A DNA stretch of 64,000 nucleotides from an uncultured Acidobacteriota bacterium. GTDB lineage: Bacteria; Acidobacteriota; UBA6911. This document shows, one piece after another, positions 17,587 through 27,413 of the stretch. The notes beneath the pieces are model-generated. The model saw nothing but the letters and a program-made list of their open reading frames with translations, was not told the origin of the DNA and ran no database searches. The first letter of the stretch is position 1, and each line of letters opens with the position of its first letter. Made by a program: the position numbers and the translations under genes. The DNA is taken from the NCBI GenBank assembly GCA_963843575.1, contig CAWJKZ010000024.1:384001-448000 (forward strand). Reading direction: 5' to 3'.

Positions 17587-20139
17587 TCGTCGTCCTCGTT
17601 CTGCTCGATCGGGGGAACCGTCAGACCCAGTAGATCGCAGAGTTTTTTTTGGACATCGATGATGATTTCGGCCTGCCTGAGCCGTTTTTGCAGGCGTTGG
17701 TTTTCCCGCGTCAGACGATGCACTTCACCGGCCAGCGGATTCCGCGGAACCGGCTTCTTGCCGCGCTTACGCGGCTCCAGGCCGGCGATCTCGCCCGTCT
17801 CCCGCTGCTTGCGCCAGGTGGTCAGGTGCGACGAATACAGGCCCTCACGCCGCAAGAGCGCCGGCAATCCCTCCGGACCCACCCTCGTCGGCTTCCTGCA
17901 GAATGCGACGCTTGTATGCTGCGGTGAATTGCCGTCGGACAGCCTTTGAGTCAACTTCGGGATCAGGGGCAGCCGGACCCGGGTCCGCGGGCGCCGCCCC
18001 GAGTATGGTTGCTCCTCCGCTATCGGGTAGGCGCCCGGGTCACGCCGAGCACCTCCCACGGAACCGTACGTGCGCTGTTCGCATACGGCTCTTCGGGATG
18101 GCGGGTTATTACCCCCGTCACCGGCCGGTTCACGACCTCGTGGTTCCCAGCGGCAGCCCAAGCTGCGCCGGGGCGTTGATGGTCGCCCAGATCTACCGGA
18201 ACCGTTCCAGAAGTGATACGAGCCCCCGTTCGGCGAAATACGCGTTGCGGAGTCCCCGATCTACTGCCGGATTGTGGCTCAACGCCCAGATGGACTGACG
18301 CCCCTCATAGATGCGTTGCCACGCCGTTTTCCGTCTAGATTCCAAGCCGAATGAGGCGTCGGGCGATCGTTCGCTTCGTCTTCCAGTGCTTCAGCACGAT
18401 CGCGCGCAAACGTCGCCGAATGTGCGCGTCCGCCTCTGGATACTCGCTCGATCCCCGGCGTGCAGACCCGGAAATGCCCAAGCCATCCTTGCAGGTACGC
18501 GTTGACCTCGGGATGGTCGCTTCAAGCGACTGCCCCCGAGATCGCGGCGTAAGCTCATGGATGCGCTCACGAAGCCGCTTTTCGCTGCGCTCTGACAGCA
18601 GAACCTCGACCAGGCCGCCTTCTACTGGCTGCAGCCGATATCCGAGGAAATGCCGTGTCTCCGGTCGGGCCACTGCGCTCTTGCTCTCATTCACCTTCAG
18701 GCGTAGTCGCCGGTTGATGAACGAGGTCACGCTTGCCATGACCCTTTGCCCCGCACGCTCGCTCCGGACGTAGATGTTGCAATCATCCGCGTACCGGACA
18801 AACCGATGCCCGCGCCGCGCCAGCTCCTCGTCGAGTTCGCTCAGCACGATGTTCGAGAGCAACGGAGAAAGCGGACCACCTTGCGGCACCCCTTCTTCCG
18901 TGCTCACCTTCACGCCGTCCGGCATTACCACTTTGGCCTTGAGCATCCGCCCGATTAGAGCCAGAGAGCCGCTTGTCGTCGAGCCGCTGTGCAAGCCGCC
19001 CCATCAAGCGCTGATGATGAACTCGATCGAAGAATTTCTCCAGATCCAAGTCCACCACCCAGTCGTGTGCCCTTCTCTACGTAGCTCCGTGCCTCCGCAA
19101 TCGCCGTCTGGCAGCTCCGGTTTGGACGAAACCCGTGGCTCGATTCATGGAACGTTGGCTCATACACCGGTTCAAGTACCAGCCGTACCGCCTCCTGTAC
19201 CATTCGATCGACCACGTTCGGAATCCCCAGCCCGCGCTGTCCGCCTCCCGCTTTCGGTATCCACACGCGCCGGATATCTCCGGGACGGTAGCTCCCATCC
19301 AGCAAGGAAGCGCGCAGCTCCGGCAATAGCTCTTGCAGGTGCTCGCGCACTTACTCAATGCTCTGCCGGTCCGGCCCGGGCGCTCCTTGATTCGCCGCCA
19401 CTTTCTCGAACGCCTCTTCGAGACGTTCGACTACCTCTTCCATCCTCGCAGGTCCGACTCTCTTCGGCTTGCTCTTCGTCTTCCGCACCTTCTGCAGTCG
19501 CGATGTGGATCGGTCCCTATCTCGTCTGCCCTCGGCTCCGCGTTGCCGCGGATTTTCGGCGGTCACGAAGTTCAGCGTCTGTTGTCGTTCCTCTTCCTTG
19601 ACCGGGACCGCTTTCCCTCCCCCGGACATACGAGTGTTCCGAGTTTGGCCCCGGTTTCCCGGCGCTTTTGGTACTATGCGGTCCTCTGACTTCTGCTGGG
19701 CCATTGGTTTTCGTCTTTCGTCCTACGACCTACCGCTTTCGCGGAACCCAGCAGATCTCGCTGGGTAATGCCAAGAGATTTTGCAGCCATCTCGTCGCCC
19801 ATACGCACGTGACTCCAACGAATATCGGGATTTTGTCGCTGCGAGCCGACTTACCCACCACGCACGCCTCACGGCGCTTCGCTTTCGCTCGAAACGCTCG
19901 CACACCTACGGCTTCTTCTGGACACCCCCTCGCGGGTCCTCCGGAAACCCTTGTCAGGTGTCCGGTTCGACTTGGTACTCCAAGCCAGTGCTCTTGCCTC
20001 ATCGGTGTCGGATTCCCTTCGTTAGGGCTCCGGGACAGGACTTGCGCCTTGCTGGCGCTCACCTCCGATCTCCTGGCCATGCCAGTCACACCCGTTCCGG
20101 CTCGCTACGCTCGCCTTCACTCCGCTTCGGAGCAACCAT
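17583..20139 (-). CDS. IS3 OrfA split by the intron (exon 1 20139-20092, exon 2 18021-17583)
   Basis: Joined exons read MVAPKRSEGERSEPER|SGGATILGAAPADPGPAAPDPEVDSKAVRRQFTAAYKRRILQEADE in frame; after a frameshift LLRREGLYSSHLTTWR. Confidence 0.85.
18022..20091 (-). mobile_element. Group II intron (IIC-like)
   Basis: 5' GTGTGACTGGCATGG; domain V GAGCCGTATGCGAACAGCGCACGTACGGTTC; domain VI ending CCTACCCGAT; removing it restores the orfA frame. Confidence 0.92.
18131..19704 (-). CDS. ltrA: Group II intron reverse transcriptase/maturase without endonuclease domain, frameshifted in this assembly
   Basis: IPKAGGGQRGLGIPNVVDR, SHGFRP, VDLDLEKFFDRV, GVPQGGPLSPLLSN, RYADD and domain X IRRRLR spread over several frames. 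Confidence 0.9.
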
Positions 20140-20240
20140 ACCCGTCACTCCTTTCATCATTCCTGTCATTACCATCTTGGATTTTCTCCCTGCCCTCTAC
20201 ATTAATTTAACCAGGGGCAGGTGTCTCACCATTATTGGCA

Positions 20241-20960
20241 CAGAGGGGTTCGTTGATACGAAATCCAGGGCCGGAGTTTGCACGCACCATTGTGCGACGC
20301 ATCCAAACTACGACCCCATTCGGAGTTGAGTATGGGCGCTACTCTCGCCGGGGGGGGGTGGTGCGCCTACGGTCGTACCCCACAGCCTTGGCACCACCGT
20401 CAGTGCGGAGGTGCTCGTACTTCCCGGCTCTGTCACGCTCCAAGAGGCGAAGAACATGCTTTGGCGGCGCGAAACCCGGCAGGAGGGCTCTGGTCGAGTA
20501 TACTGGGACAGAGCCGCGGCGAATGCTGTACTGGTGCGGGATGCGAGGGAGTGCGGCGGGATCGAGCACGTCTTGTACACGGACTTCAATTCAGCCGGCA
20601 AGATCGTGACGCCTGATCCGCTGGAGCTTCCCCAAGCGGCAATAGCCAGCGTCTCGAAGGCGGAAACAGGCATGGACGGGATTAGCTACCTGATGGATCT
20701 GATCAGTGTGGGTGTAGATACCCTGCTCAGCCGGCAAGATCGTGACGCCTGATCCGCTGGAGCTTCCCCAAGCGGCAATAGCCAGCGTCTCGAAGGCGGA
20801 AACAGGCATGGACGGGATTAGCTACCTGATGGATCTGATCAGTGTGGGTGTAGATACCCTGCTTATGCCCTCGTATCGTGACGCAAATTCTGCAGCAAAC
20901 TGACACACGCTCCTTGGGCGAGGCTCTCCAAAGGGCAGGGGAACTTGGAGACTCGCGCTC
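20241..20960 (+). pseudogene. 5'-truncated, frameshifted gene, possibly gamma-glutamylcyclotransferase-like
   Basis: Begins at the IS end with GSLIRNPG...VEYGRYS...GGAPTVVP; disrupted by a G run and a tandem duplication. Confidence 0.4.
20591..20862. repeat. Exact 136-bp tandem duplication
   Basis: TCAGCCGGCAAGATCGTGACG...GATACCCTGC at 20591-20726 and 20727-20862. Confidence 0.95.
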
Positions 20961-21031
20961 CTAGGGTTGTGGTGCCAAGGCGGATGCCAGGGGAGATTTG
21001 GCCGAGCAAGTCTGGAACCAAGAAGAAATGT

Positions 21032-21259
21032 TTAGCTGCGTTTCGCTTTACGTTTCGCCGCCCAGATCTTCTTCATCTTGACGCTCTGTGCCTTACGCTG
21101 CGCAGCAGTTCTTTTCCGCCGAGGTTTGCTTCTAGCCTGTGCGACGGCATGGGGAGATGCCGCGGGAGTTTTTCCGCGCAGCTTCGCCATCTCGACATCG
21201 ATCTGGTTTTTTCGGTTCTCAAGTGCCTCAATCGCAAGTTCCAGAATCCGTCTTTCCAT
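21032..21259 (-). CDS. Small basic protein with coiled coil and Lys/Arg tail, putatively DNA-binding
   Basis: MERRILELAIEALENRKNQIDVEMAKLR...RTAAQRKAQSVKMKKIWAAKRK; GAGG RBS. Confidence 0.7.
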   Translation of the reverse strand: MERRILELAIEALENRKNQIDVEMAKLRGKTPAASPHAVAQARSKPRRKRTAAQRKAQSVKMKKIWAAKRKAKRS

Positions 21260-21381
21260 AGCACCTCGCCAAAATTGGAACAGAAGAGTAGGATATTTCA
21301 CAAAGAACGGCAAGCTATTTCTGACGCAATTTACCGTGGCCGTAGCAGATGACAAGAGTGCCATGAAAGGAAAGAGCAAGT

Positions 21382-21966
21382 ATGAGTGCCTTTGAAGGAC
21401 TAAAGCAGAACCATCCATGGTGGATAAAGTTGATCTTCATGACGCTAGTCATTCTGGCTACTCTCGGCGTCCTTGGACTCACAGGGTTCTACCTCTGGTT
21501 TCTCTTCCCGGTGCAGAAGATCCGCGGTCTTACGTATCTGGCAACTCCCCACTTGATCCTCTATTACGCCATCCTTAATCTGCTGGATGTGGCTGGGATC
21601 ATCCTGTTTGCGCAACTGCTCTATTTTCGACGCGTTAATGCCTACAATCCAATCCGCGACGGGATCATCCTGGGACTCTATATGGTCGTTTTGAGCTGGG
21701 GTGTTGACATTTTCGTCTATGTCTTTCTTCGGAACACACTGCCTTCCATTCACGAGTATTTCCTGGGAAAGAATCAGCCCGAGATTGGCATCGCATGGTT
21801 AGTAGGTTTTACCGCTGCTGTCCTGGCTGGCTGGCTGGAAAAGCGAAGACGGACGTTGCCGGCACATCTGTTCCGGCGAAAGGTGCTTCTCTGCTCGAGT
21901 GTCCTGATCGGCGCTGCAGCCGCACTCACCCTGATTGGAATCGCGCTCTTTGATATTCAACCCTGA
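21382..21966 (+). CDS. Hypothetical multi-pass membrane protein
   Basis: About five hydrophobic segments in a 194-aa ORF. Confidence 0.7.
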   Translation: MSAFEGLKQNHPWWIKLIFMTLVILATLGVLGLTGFYLWFLFPVQKIRGLTYLATPHLILYYAILNLLDVAGIILFAQLLYFRRVNAYNPIRDGIILGLYMVVLSWGVDIFVYVFLRNTLPSIHEYFLGKNQPEIGIAWLVGFTAAVLAGWLEKRRRTLPAHLFRRKVLLCSSVLIGAAAALTLIGIALFDIQP

Positions 21967-22632
21967 GACGCTTCCACACAAACAATGGGAACCAAGCAGT
22001 ATTTTGAGTTCAGACAATTCGTCCAGGCGATCGACCTAGATCGGCATCTGGATCGTGACGCCAACTCACCGGAGTGTTACAGCAAACTGTCGCTCTGATC
22101 AGAGTCCTGAACTTAGTCGACAGTACTGGTTGGTTTAATTCACTGACGGTGTCGTTATTGAGAGTGGGCAGCGAAGGTGTTACCTGAGTCGTGTCCAACC
22201 GGTTGGACCCTGCATGGAAGGGCGGCGAACAGCCGCCAGGCTATCACCGAGGAGACAATCGAGCTTGGTTAACCCGATCTCGAGAGCAATGAAGCCGACC
22301 ACCGTCAGGGAGGGTACCAAGCCACCTTCCCATTGTCATGTCCTATGGTCTCGATAACGGCCAGCTATTGTTGACTGGGAGTACTTGTTGCCGCCAGTAA
22401 ATCGTTTGACAATTGCGCCTGAGCAGATCTCTTAAAGATTACGGACTAGCGGATTGGTAGCGATTCGCCGTCGCCTCGCCAGTAGGGTTCCAGGACTTCA
22501 ATAATGGAAACGAATACCAAGGGCGGGTTTGCTGGTGATCGTGCCTTCCGGGGCACTACACGAGCCGGGCGGGGTTACTTTTGGGTAGGCCGGTGGGTCT
22601 CCGAGAGCAACCTGAAAGGCCCAGTGAATAGC

Positions 22633-23803
22633 TTAGACTGATGCCTCTATGGCGGGCATGCTGACCTTACAGATAACCGAGGTGATGTCATCGGACGGAG
22701 GCCCGTCGCCAGTGAAGGCCCGAACCGTCTCGTGGATGCCTCGGACGAGTTCAGCCGCGCTGCTATGCGGATGGCATTTGATGAACTCAAGAGCTTTGCC
22801 CGCGCCAAACTGAGCCTCGGCGTCGTTGGCAGCCTCCGTGACCCCGTCGGTCAACAAAACGAGGGTTTCACCATGATCCAAAGGGATGGCCGGACTGGTG
22901 CAAAACAGACTGCCGGCGAAGAGACCTGACGGGGGTCCCGTGCTTTCCATGACGTGCCTGATCTCTCCAGAAGGGCGCAATATGTAACACGGTATATGCC
23001 CGGCACTGGCGTATTCGACCAAGCGGTTTCGCGGGTCGATGCGGGCCAACAGCAAAGTCACGTACTGTCCGCCGTCGAGGTCGGTGACGAGGGCATTATT
23101 AACGCGGCCGAGGAGAGAACCCATGTTCGACTCCAACGGTGCAAAGGACCGCACATACGCCCGGGTTTCAGCCATTACCAAAGCAGCTCCGAATCCATGG
23201 CCGCTGACATCGCCTATGGCGATACAGAGACACCCGTCCGGCAGCATAATAAAGTCGAAGTAGTCGCCCCCCGTCAGCATTGCAGAGCAAACGATTCCAG
23301 CAATATCAAAACCCGGCAACGATGCCACCGTGGTGTTTAGGCGCTGCTGAACTTCATGGGCGATTTGCAGGTAAAACTCCTCCTCCTGCTGTTTCCTCAG
23401 CTCGGTCACGTCTTTCAGAACGGAGACGAAGTGTGTAATCTCTACCTTTCTCATCTTTCATTGAGCTAATCGTTTGTGCAGACCAGTAGAGCCGGCCGGA
23501 TTTCTTCCGGTTGACGATGATTCCACGGAATGATTTGCCCGCCAGGAGTAGCGCCCAAAGCTCTTTGTAGAACTGCTCGTCGTGTAGCCCGGACTTGAGG
23601 AGACTTGGAGTCCGGCCCAGGACCTCGATTGCGGAATAACCTGTGGTCTCTTCAAAGGCTGGGTTGACATACTCGATGACTCCCTGCCTGTCCGTTATCA
23701 TCACGGTGTCCGCAGTTTGCTCCACAGCCCTGATGAGCCGATCGTAGCTCCGGTGCAGCCGCTGGAGCTGTTCCTGAATGCCGAGGGTTCCCGAGTTACT
23801 CAT
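22633..23803 (-). CDS. PAS domain + PP2C/SpoIIE (RsbU-like) phosphatase, frameshifted near 23450
   Basis: ITDRQGVIEYVNPAFEETTGYS PAS; GGDYFD, IGDVSGHG, LTDGVTEA, DDIT. Confidence 0.88.
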
Positions 23804-23959
23804 AGAGCTTCCCGCTGCCCCGCTGGACGAGTTCGCACGCTTTGTTTTTCACTGTTGCTGAGCTTCCGCAACACACCCTTGCCAAAATAGTCGTGAACGC
23901 ATCGAACCGGGAATTCCATTGTGGGCTCCAGGAAGCTTTCAGTATACACCTGGCTTTCG

Positions 23960-24468
23960 ATGAAAACACCTATTGCAATTTGTTTGGTTGTTTCCCTTCT
24001 GATGCCCTCGGTCGCAGTCGCTGGCATCAGCAGCAAACGAGCGGCCTATCAAGGGGGAACTACCAAGGATCGGGACTTCCCGGGCGCTAAGAAGGCAGTC
24101 GAGGGTTATCTGGACACTAGCGATCCCAACGATCTACGGTTTGAATATTTTCTGGATAAGAGGAACAAGGTTTACTCGATACCATACAAACACTTTATAG
24201 ATATCGAATACGGGCAAAAGGCAGGTCGTCGAGTAGGCGCTTCGATTGCTACCGCTGTTTTACTCACTCCACTCGGTTTATTCATGCTTTTTTCGAAGAA
24301 GCGAAACCCTTCGTCACGATTGGATACTCCGATGATGCTGGGAAAGAAGAAGTCGCAGTCTTCGAACTGGGTAAGGACATTGTCCGAACGACAGTACCGA
24401 TTCTTGAAGCTCGTTCTGGCAAGAAGATCACTTACCAAGATGAGGAAGCCAAGAAGTCTGGGAAGTAG
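23960..24468 (+). CDS. Secreted hypothetical protein, frameshifted near 24310
   Basis: Signal peptide MKTPIAICLVVSLLMPSVAVA; IEYGQKAGRRVG; a second frame continues AVFELGKDIVRTT. Confidence 0.65.
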
Positions 24469-24649
24469 ATCGCGGCCATAGTCAAGCTGTAGCTCTGTTA
24501 CCCAGAGAGTACAGCCCTGGACGGTCGATGAACTTCGAGGCACAGCCTAATTGTATCGGTTGTCAAGCTGTACTGAACTCACAACGCCCAGCGCAGTTTG
24601 CCGCGGCATCGGAATCTTGACATAACATATTTCTTCAAGTGAGAGCATC

Positions 24650-24873
24650 ATGAATAAGCTCGTCGGTTTGTGGCTGTGGGTCTCGGTATGTGGCTTGACT
24701 CCCCTTTTCCTGCAGGTAATCGCGCCTACTCAGGAACTTCTATTTCCCCATTTCCCCACTTTGCAGTCGGCAGCGGTTGGGAGAGTGATTTGACCTTCAT
24801 TGCCCAAGGTGGAGAAACCTCATCAGGTTCGATTGTCTACCGTCAATGGCAGAACTTACAGCGGGACGCTTGA
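24650..24873 (+). pseudogene. Remnant of a secreted protein (FPHFAVGSGWESDLTF domain start)
   Basis: Resembles the domain repeated in the 33914-37687 protein; truncated. Confidence 0.4.
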
Positions 24874-25031
24874 CTCCCGAAGTTGCCGCGTGTTACCCAA
24901 CGAAACTCCACGTCCAGTGAACTCCTGATTCTCCTCGAACGCCGCAACGGGTCATAGAGATTGTCTTCAAAGCCACGCATTTCTCAACACTGGACAGCTA
25001 TCCACTGCCTACAAAGGTGTCTGAAATGCGG

Positions 25032-25463
25032 CTATTTCGTTTGCCTAACACAGTACTCGTCGAACGCCGCGATCAGGGACTGGGCGATTTCGTGGGCTTC
25101 CCGGTTTTCAATCTGGTAGCGCTGGAGCATGAAAACCGCTTGGCCGTCACGGAAGATTGCCACCGACGGCGACGACGGGGGGTACTCTTTCAGGTAGCCG
25201 CGAACGCAGGCTGTGGCTTCAATATCGCCACCGGCAAAGACCGTGGCCACCTTGTCAGGCAGCGCCGAATGTTTTAAGGCCATTGCGATGCCTGGACGCG
25301 CGCGGCCGGCCGCACAGCCGCACATGGAATTAATCACCATCATCACCGTGCCGTTGCCCGGTTTCAAGATCTCATCCACCGCTTCCGGCGTCCGCGTCTC
25401 AAGTACCTCTAACCGGGTCAACTCCTCGCGCATGGGGCCAATAAACTCTTCTGGATATCTCAC
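25032..25463 (-). CDS. BrxA/BrxB bacilliredoxin family (DUF1094)
   Basis: PMREELT, INSMCGCAAGRARP, TVFAG, PPSSPS, RYQIENR. Confidence 0.92.
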   Translation of the reverse strand: MRYPEEFIGPMREELTRLEVLETRTPEAVDEILKPGNGTVMMVINSMCGCAAGRARPGIAMALKHSALPDKVATVFAGGDIEATACVRGYLKEYPPSSPSVAIFRDGQAVFMLQRYQIENREAHEIAQSLIAAFDEYCVRQTK

Positions 25464-25572
25464 AACTTCCTCCTTGCTCGATCTGGGCAGTGCAAAGCAG
25501 GCTTAACCACATGAGTTCGCCCGGCTTAGTTCTCCCATACGTTTCCTCTCTTGTTGTAGTGGATGGGGGTGG

Positions 25573-25833
25573 CTACTTCTTCCAGTAATCGTAATTTATC
25601 TGAATGAACGACTTCCATTTCTCTGGGACTTCACTTTCGGGGAAGATGGCCGTGACCGGGCATGCAGGCTCGCAAGCGCCACAGTCAATGCATTCGTCAG
25701 GGTTGATATAAAGCTGTGTTGCCTCAGCGAACCCCACATCATCCTTCCTGGGATGAATGCAATCCACCGGACAAACATCAACACACGCGGTGTCTTTGAT
25801 GTTGATGCAAGGTTCAGCAATAATGTACGTCAT
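25573..25833 (-). CDS. Dicluster ferredoxin (FdxA type)
   Basis: MTYIIAEPCINIKDTACVDVCPVDCI...ECIDCGACEPACPV. Confidence 0.93.
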   Translation of the reverse strand: MTYIIAEPCINIKDTACVDVCPVDCIHPRKDDVGFAEATQLYINPDECIDCGACEPACPVTAIFPESEVPEKWKSFIQINYDYWKK

Positions 25834-25994
25834 ATCCCCCCACTGGCGGTTCCAAGCGAAGCTCGCGAGCAAGCGCCCCCACGGAGGGAAACTTGCCTTC
25901 TTGCAGCGCAACCCGCGCCGTCGACCTGACCGTGTGCTCAGTCGGCAGATCCATGGCGGTTATTGGCCAGAGTGATGGCATGCATCCCGAGCTT

Positions 25995-26471
25995 CTATAG
26001 CGACCATAACGACGGGACGAGTACTTGCTCCGTGAGAGGTTCGTACGGTTCGGGCGTAGGAAGATCCAGAACCAGCGCGCGCTGGCCTTCGCTTAGACAC
26101 TGCAGGCGGACCTCGCATTTGTCCGTGAAACGGACCGCGTCACGATACGTGTAGGCTGAGTCGCTCAGTTGCACGAATGTGACCTCTTCAACCGGACCGA
26201 CCGCGAGCCAGCGCTGCAGGCGTTCGGGGATGTTCCGCAAGCTGAGCCTTGCGCCCGGCGGGATGCAAACCGCCCGAATCGATTCTGTTTTGGGCCTCAG
26301 CCTGAAAAACGACCAGAGCCCGTTTGACAGCGCTTCAGGCGGAACTGCTCTTCTCTGCAAGTCCGACGGGGAAGCGAAACCGATCGTCCCGGTACGAAAC
26401 CTGTGGGCGACCAATTCCTCTCCCTTGACTGCCAGCCGGTTTGGCATTGACATTAGGGAATAGTCACACAT
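25995..26471 (-). CDS. Conserved-looking hypothetical protein (MCDYSL N-terminus)
   Basis: GGAGG RBS; MCDYSL, AVCIPPGARL, YRDAVRF and LQCLSEGQ motifs. Confidence 0.75.
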   Translation of the reverse strand: MCDYSLMSMPNRLAVKGEELVAHRFRTGTIGFASPSDLQRRAVPPEALSNGLWSFFRLRPKTESIRAVCIPPGARLSLRNIPERLQRWLAVGPVEEVTFVQLSDSAYTYRDAVRFTDKCEVRLQCLSEGQRALVLDLPTPEPYEPLTEQVLVPSLWSL

Positions 26472-26619
26472 CCTTTCTTCCTCCCGTTGAGCCAGGATTT
26501 CCGCTTTGGACCCTGGATCAAACCTTAGCGTAAGCCGAGATTTGATACTTTGTCAATACCGATATTTACTAAATCTACAAGTTGACTATATTCTCAAGAA
26601 TCCGCTAAAATAGCGATTA

Positions 26620-27324
26620 ATGGAAGGGCTGACTGCGACTAAGGTTAACGAACAGTCCACTAGGACCGAAATCCTGCACTTATTGAAGGCGCACGGCCAT
26701 TTGGAAGCAAAGGCGATTGCCCAGTTTTGCGGATTTACTACGATGGCCGTCCGCCGGCACCTTCTGAGACTCTGCGCCGACCGTGTCATTCAAACGAGAA
26801 CCGAGCGCCGTCCCAAGGGCCGCCCAACCACTCTTTATTCGCTCACCGACCTGGGGGATGCTCAGTTCCCGAGAGACTACGCGGCGCTGGCCAAAGAGCT
26901 ACTCTCAAGCTTGGAACTCCTTGACGGCGAGTCCAAAATCGAGGCGGTTTTTCGGAGACGTCGCTCAAACCTGATTGCGCGGTACGGTCATCGCGTACGG
27001 GGAAAGGATCTCGAAAAGCGGGTGCGAGAGATGGCGGCGGTACTGACCGACTGCGGATACATGGCAGAAGTGGAGGTAGCGGGCTCGGGCCGTTTCTTGC
27101 TGATCGAACATAACTGCGCCATTCGCGAGGTCGCGAAAGGCTATCCCGTCGCCTGCCAGGAAGAACTGTGCCTAATCGGCAAACTCTGCGGCAGAAGTGT
27201 CGCGCGCGTCTCTCACGTTCTCGCCGGAGACAGGCACTGCTCCTATTTGGTCGAGGAGGGTGGCGGGTCAAAGAGGCCCGAAGAGAGCCCAGCGCGCAGC
27301 GATACCCCGGATCGCCGCCGATAG
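26620..27324 (+). CDS. SufR-like wHTH transcriptional regulator (COG2345)
   Basis: AVRRHLLRL, GRPTTLYSLT, FPRDY, EHNCAI-x-ACQEEL-x-RHCSY Cys ligands. Confidence 0.88.
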   Translation: MEGLTATKVNEQSTRTEILHLLKAHGHLEAKAIAQFCGFTTMAVRRHLLRLCADRVIQTRTERRPKGRPTTLYSLTDLGDAQFPRDYAALAKELLSSLELLDGESKIEAVFRRRRSNLIARYGHRVRGKDLEKRVREMAAVLTDCGYMAEVEVAGSGRFLLIEHNCAIREVAKGYPVACQEELCLIGKLCGRSVARVSHVLAGDRHCSYLVEEGGGSKRPEESPARSDTPDRRR

Positions 27325-27413
27325 GAATCGCTCGGGTGAAGGCGCGATACACCAACGCCGCGGATTTAGTTCAAGGACCACAACTTCACTAATGTCAACA
27401 GGAAGATAGAGAT

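Larger units (their letters stand above)
16428..20240 (-). mobile_element. IS3-family insertion sequence containing a group II intron
   Basis: Terminal IRs TGTCAATGATTTTGAGACACCTG / TGCCAATAATGGTGAGACACCTG with TG...CA ends, orfA plus orfB; no target duplication seen. Confidence 0.9.

Noticed and set aside
18131-19704. RT as a retron, DGR or defence RT
   Set aside because: It has domain X, lies within recognisable group II intron ends with domains V and VI, and its removal restores the host ORF
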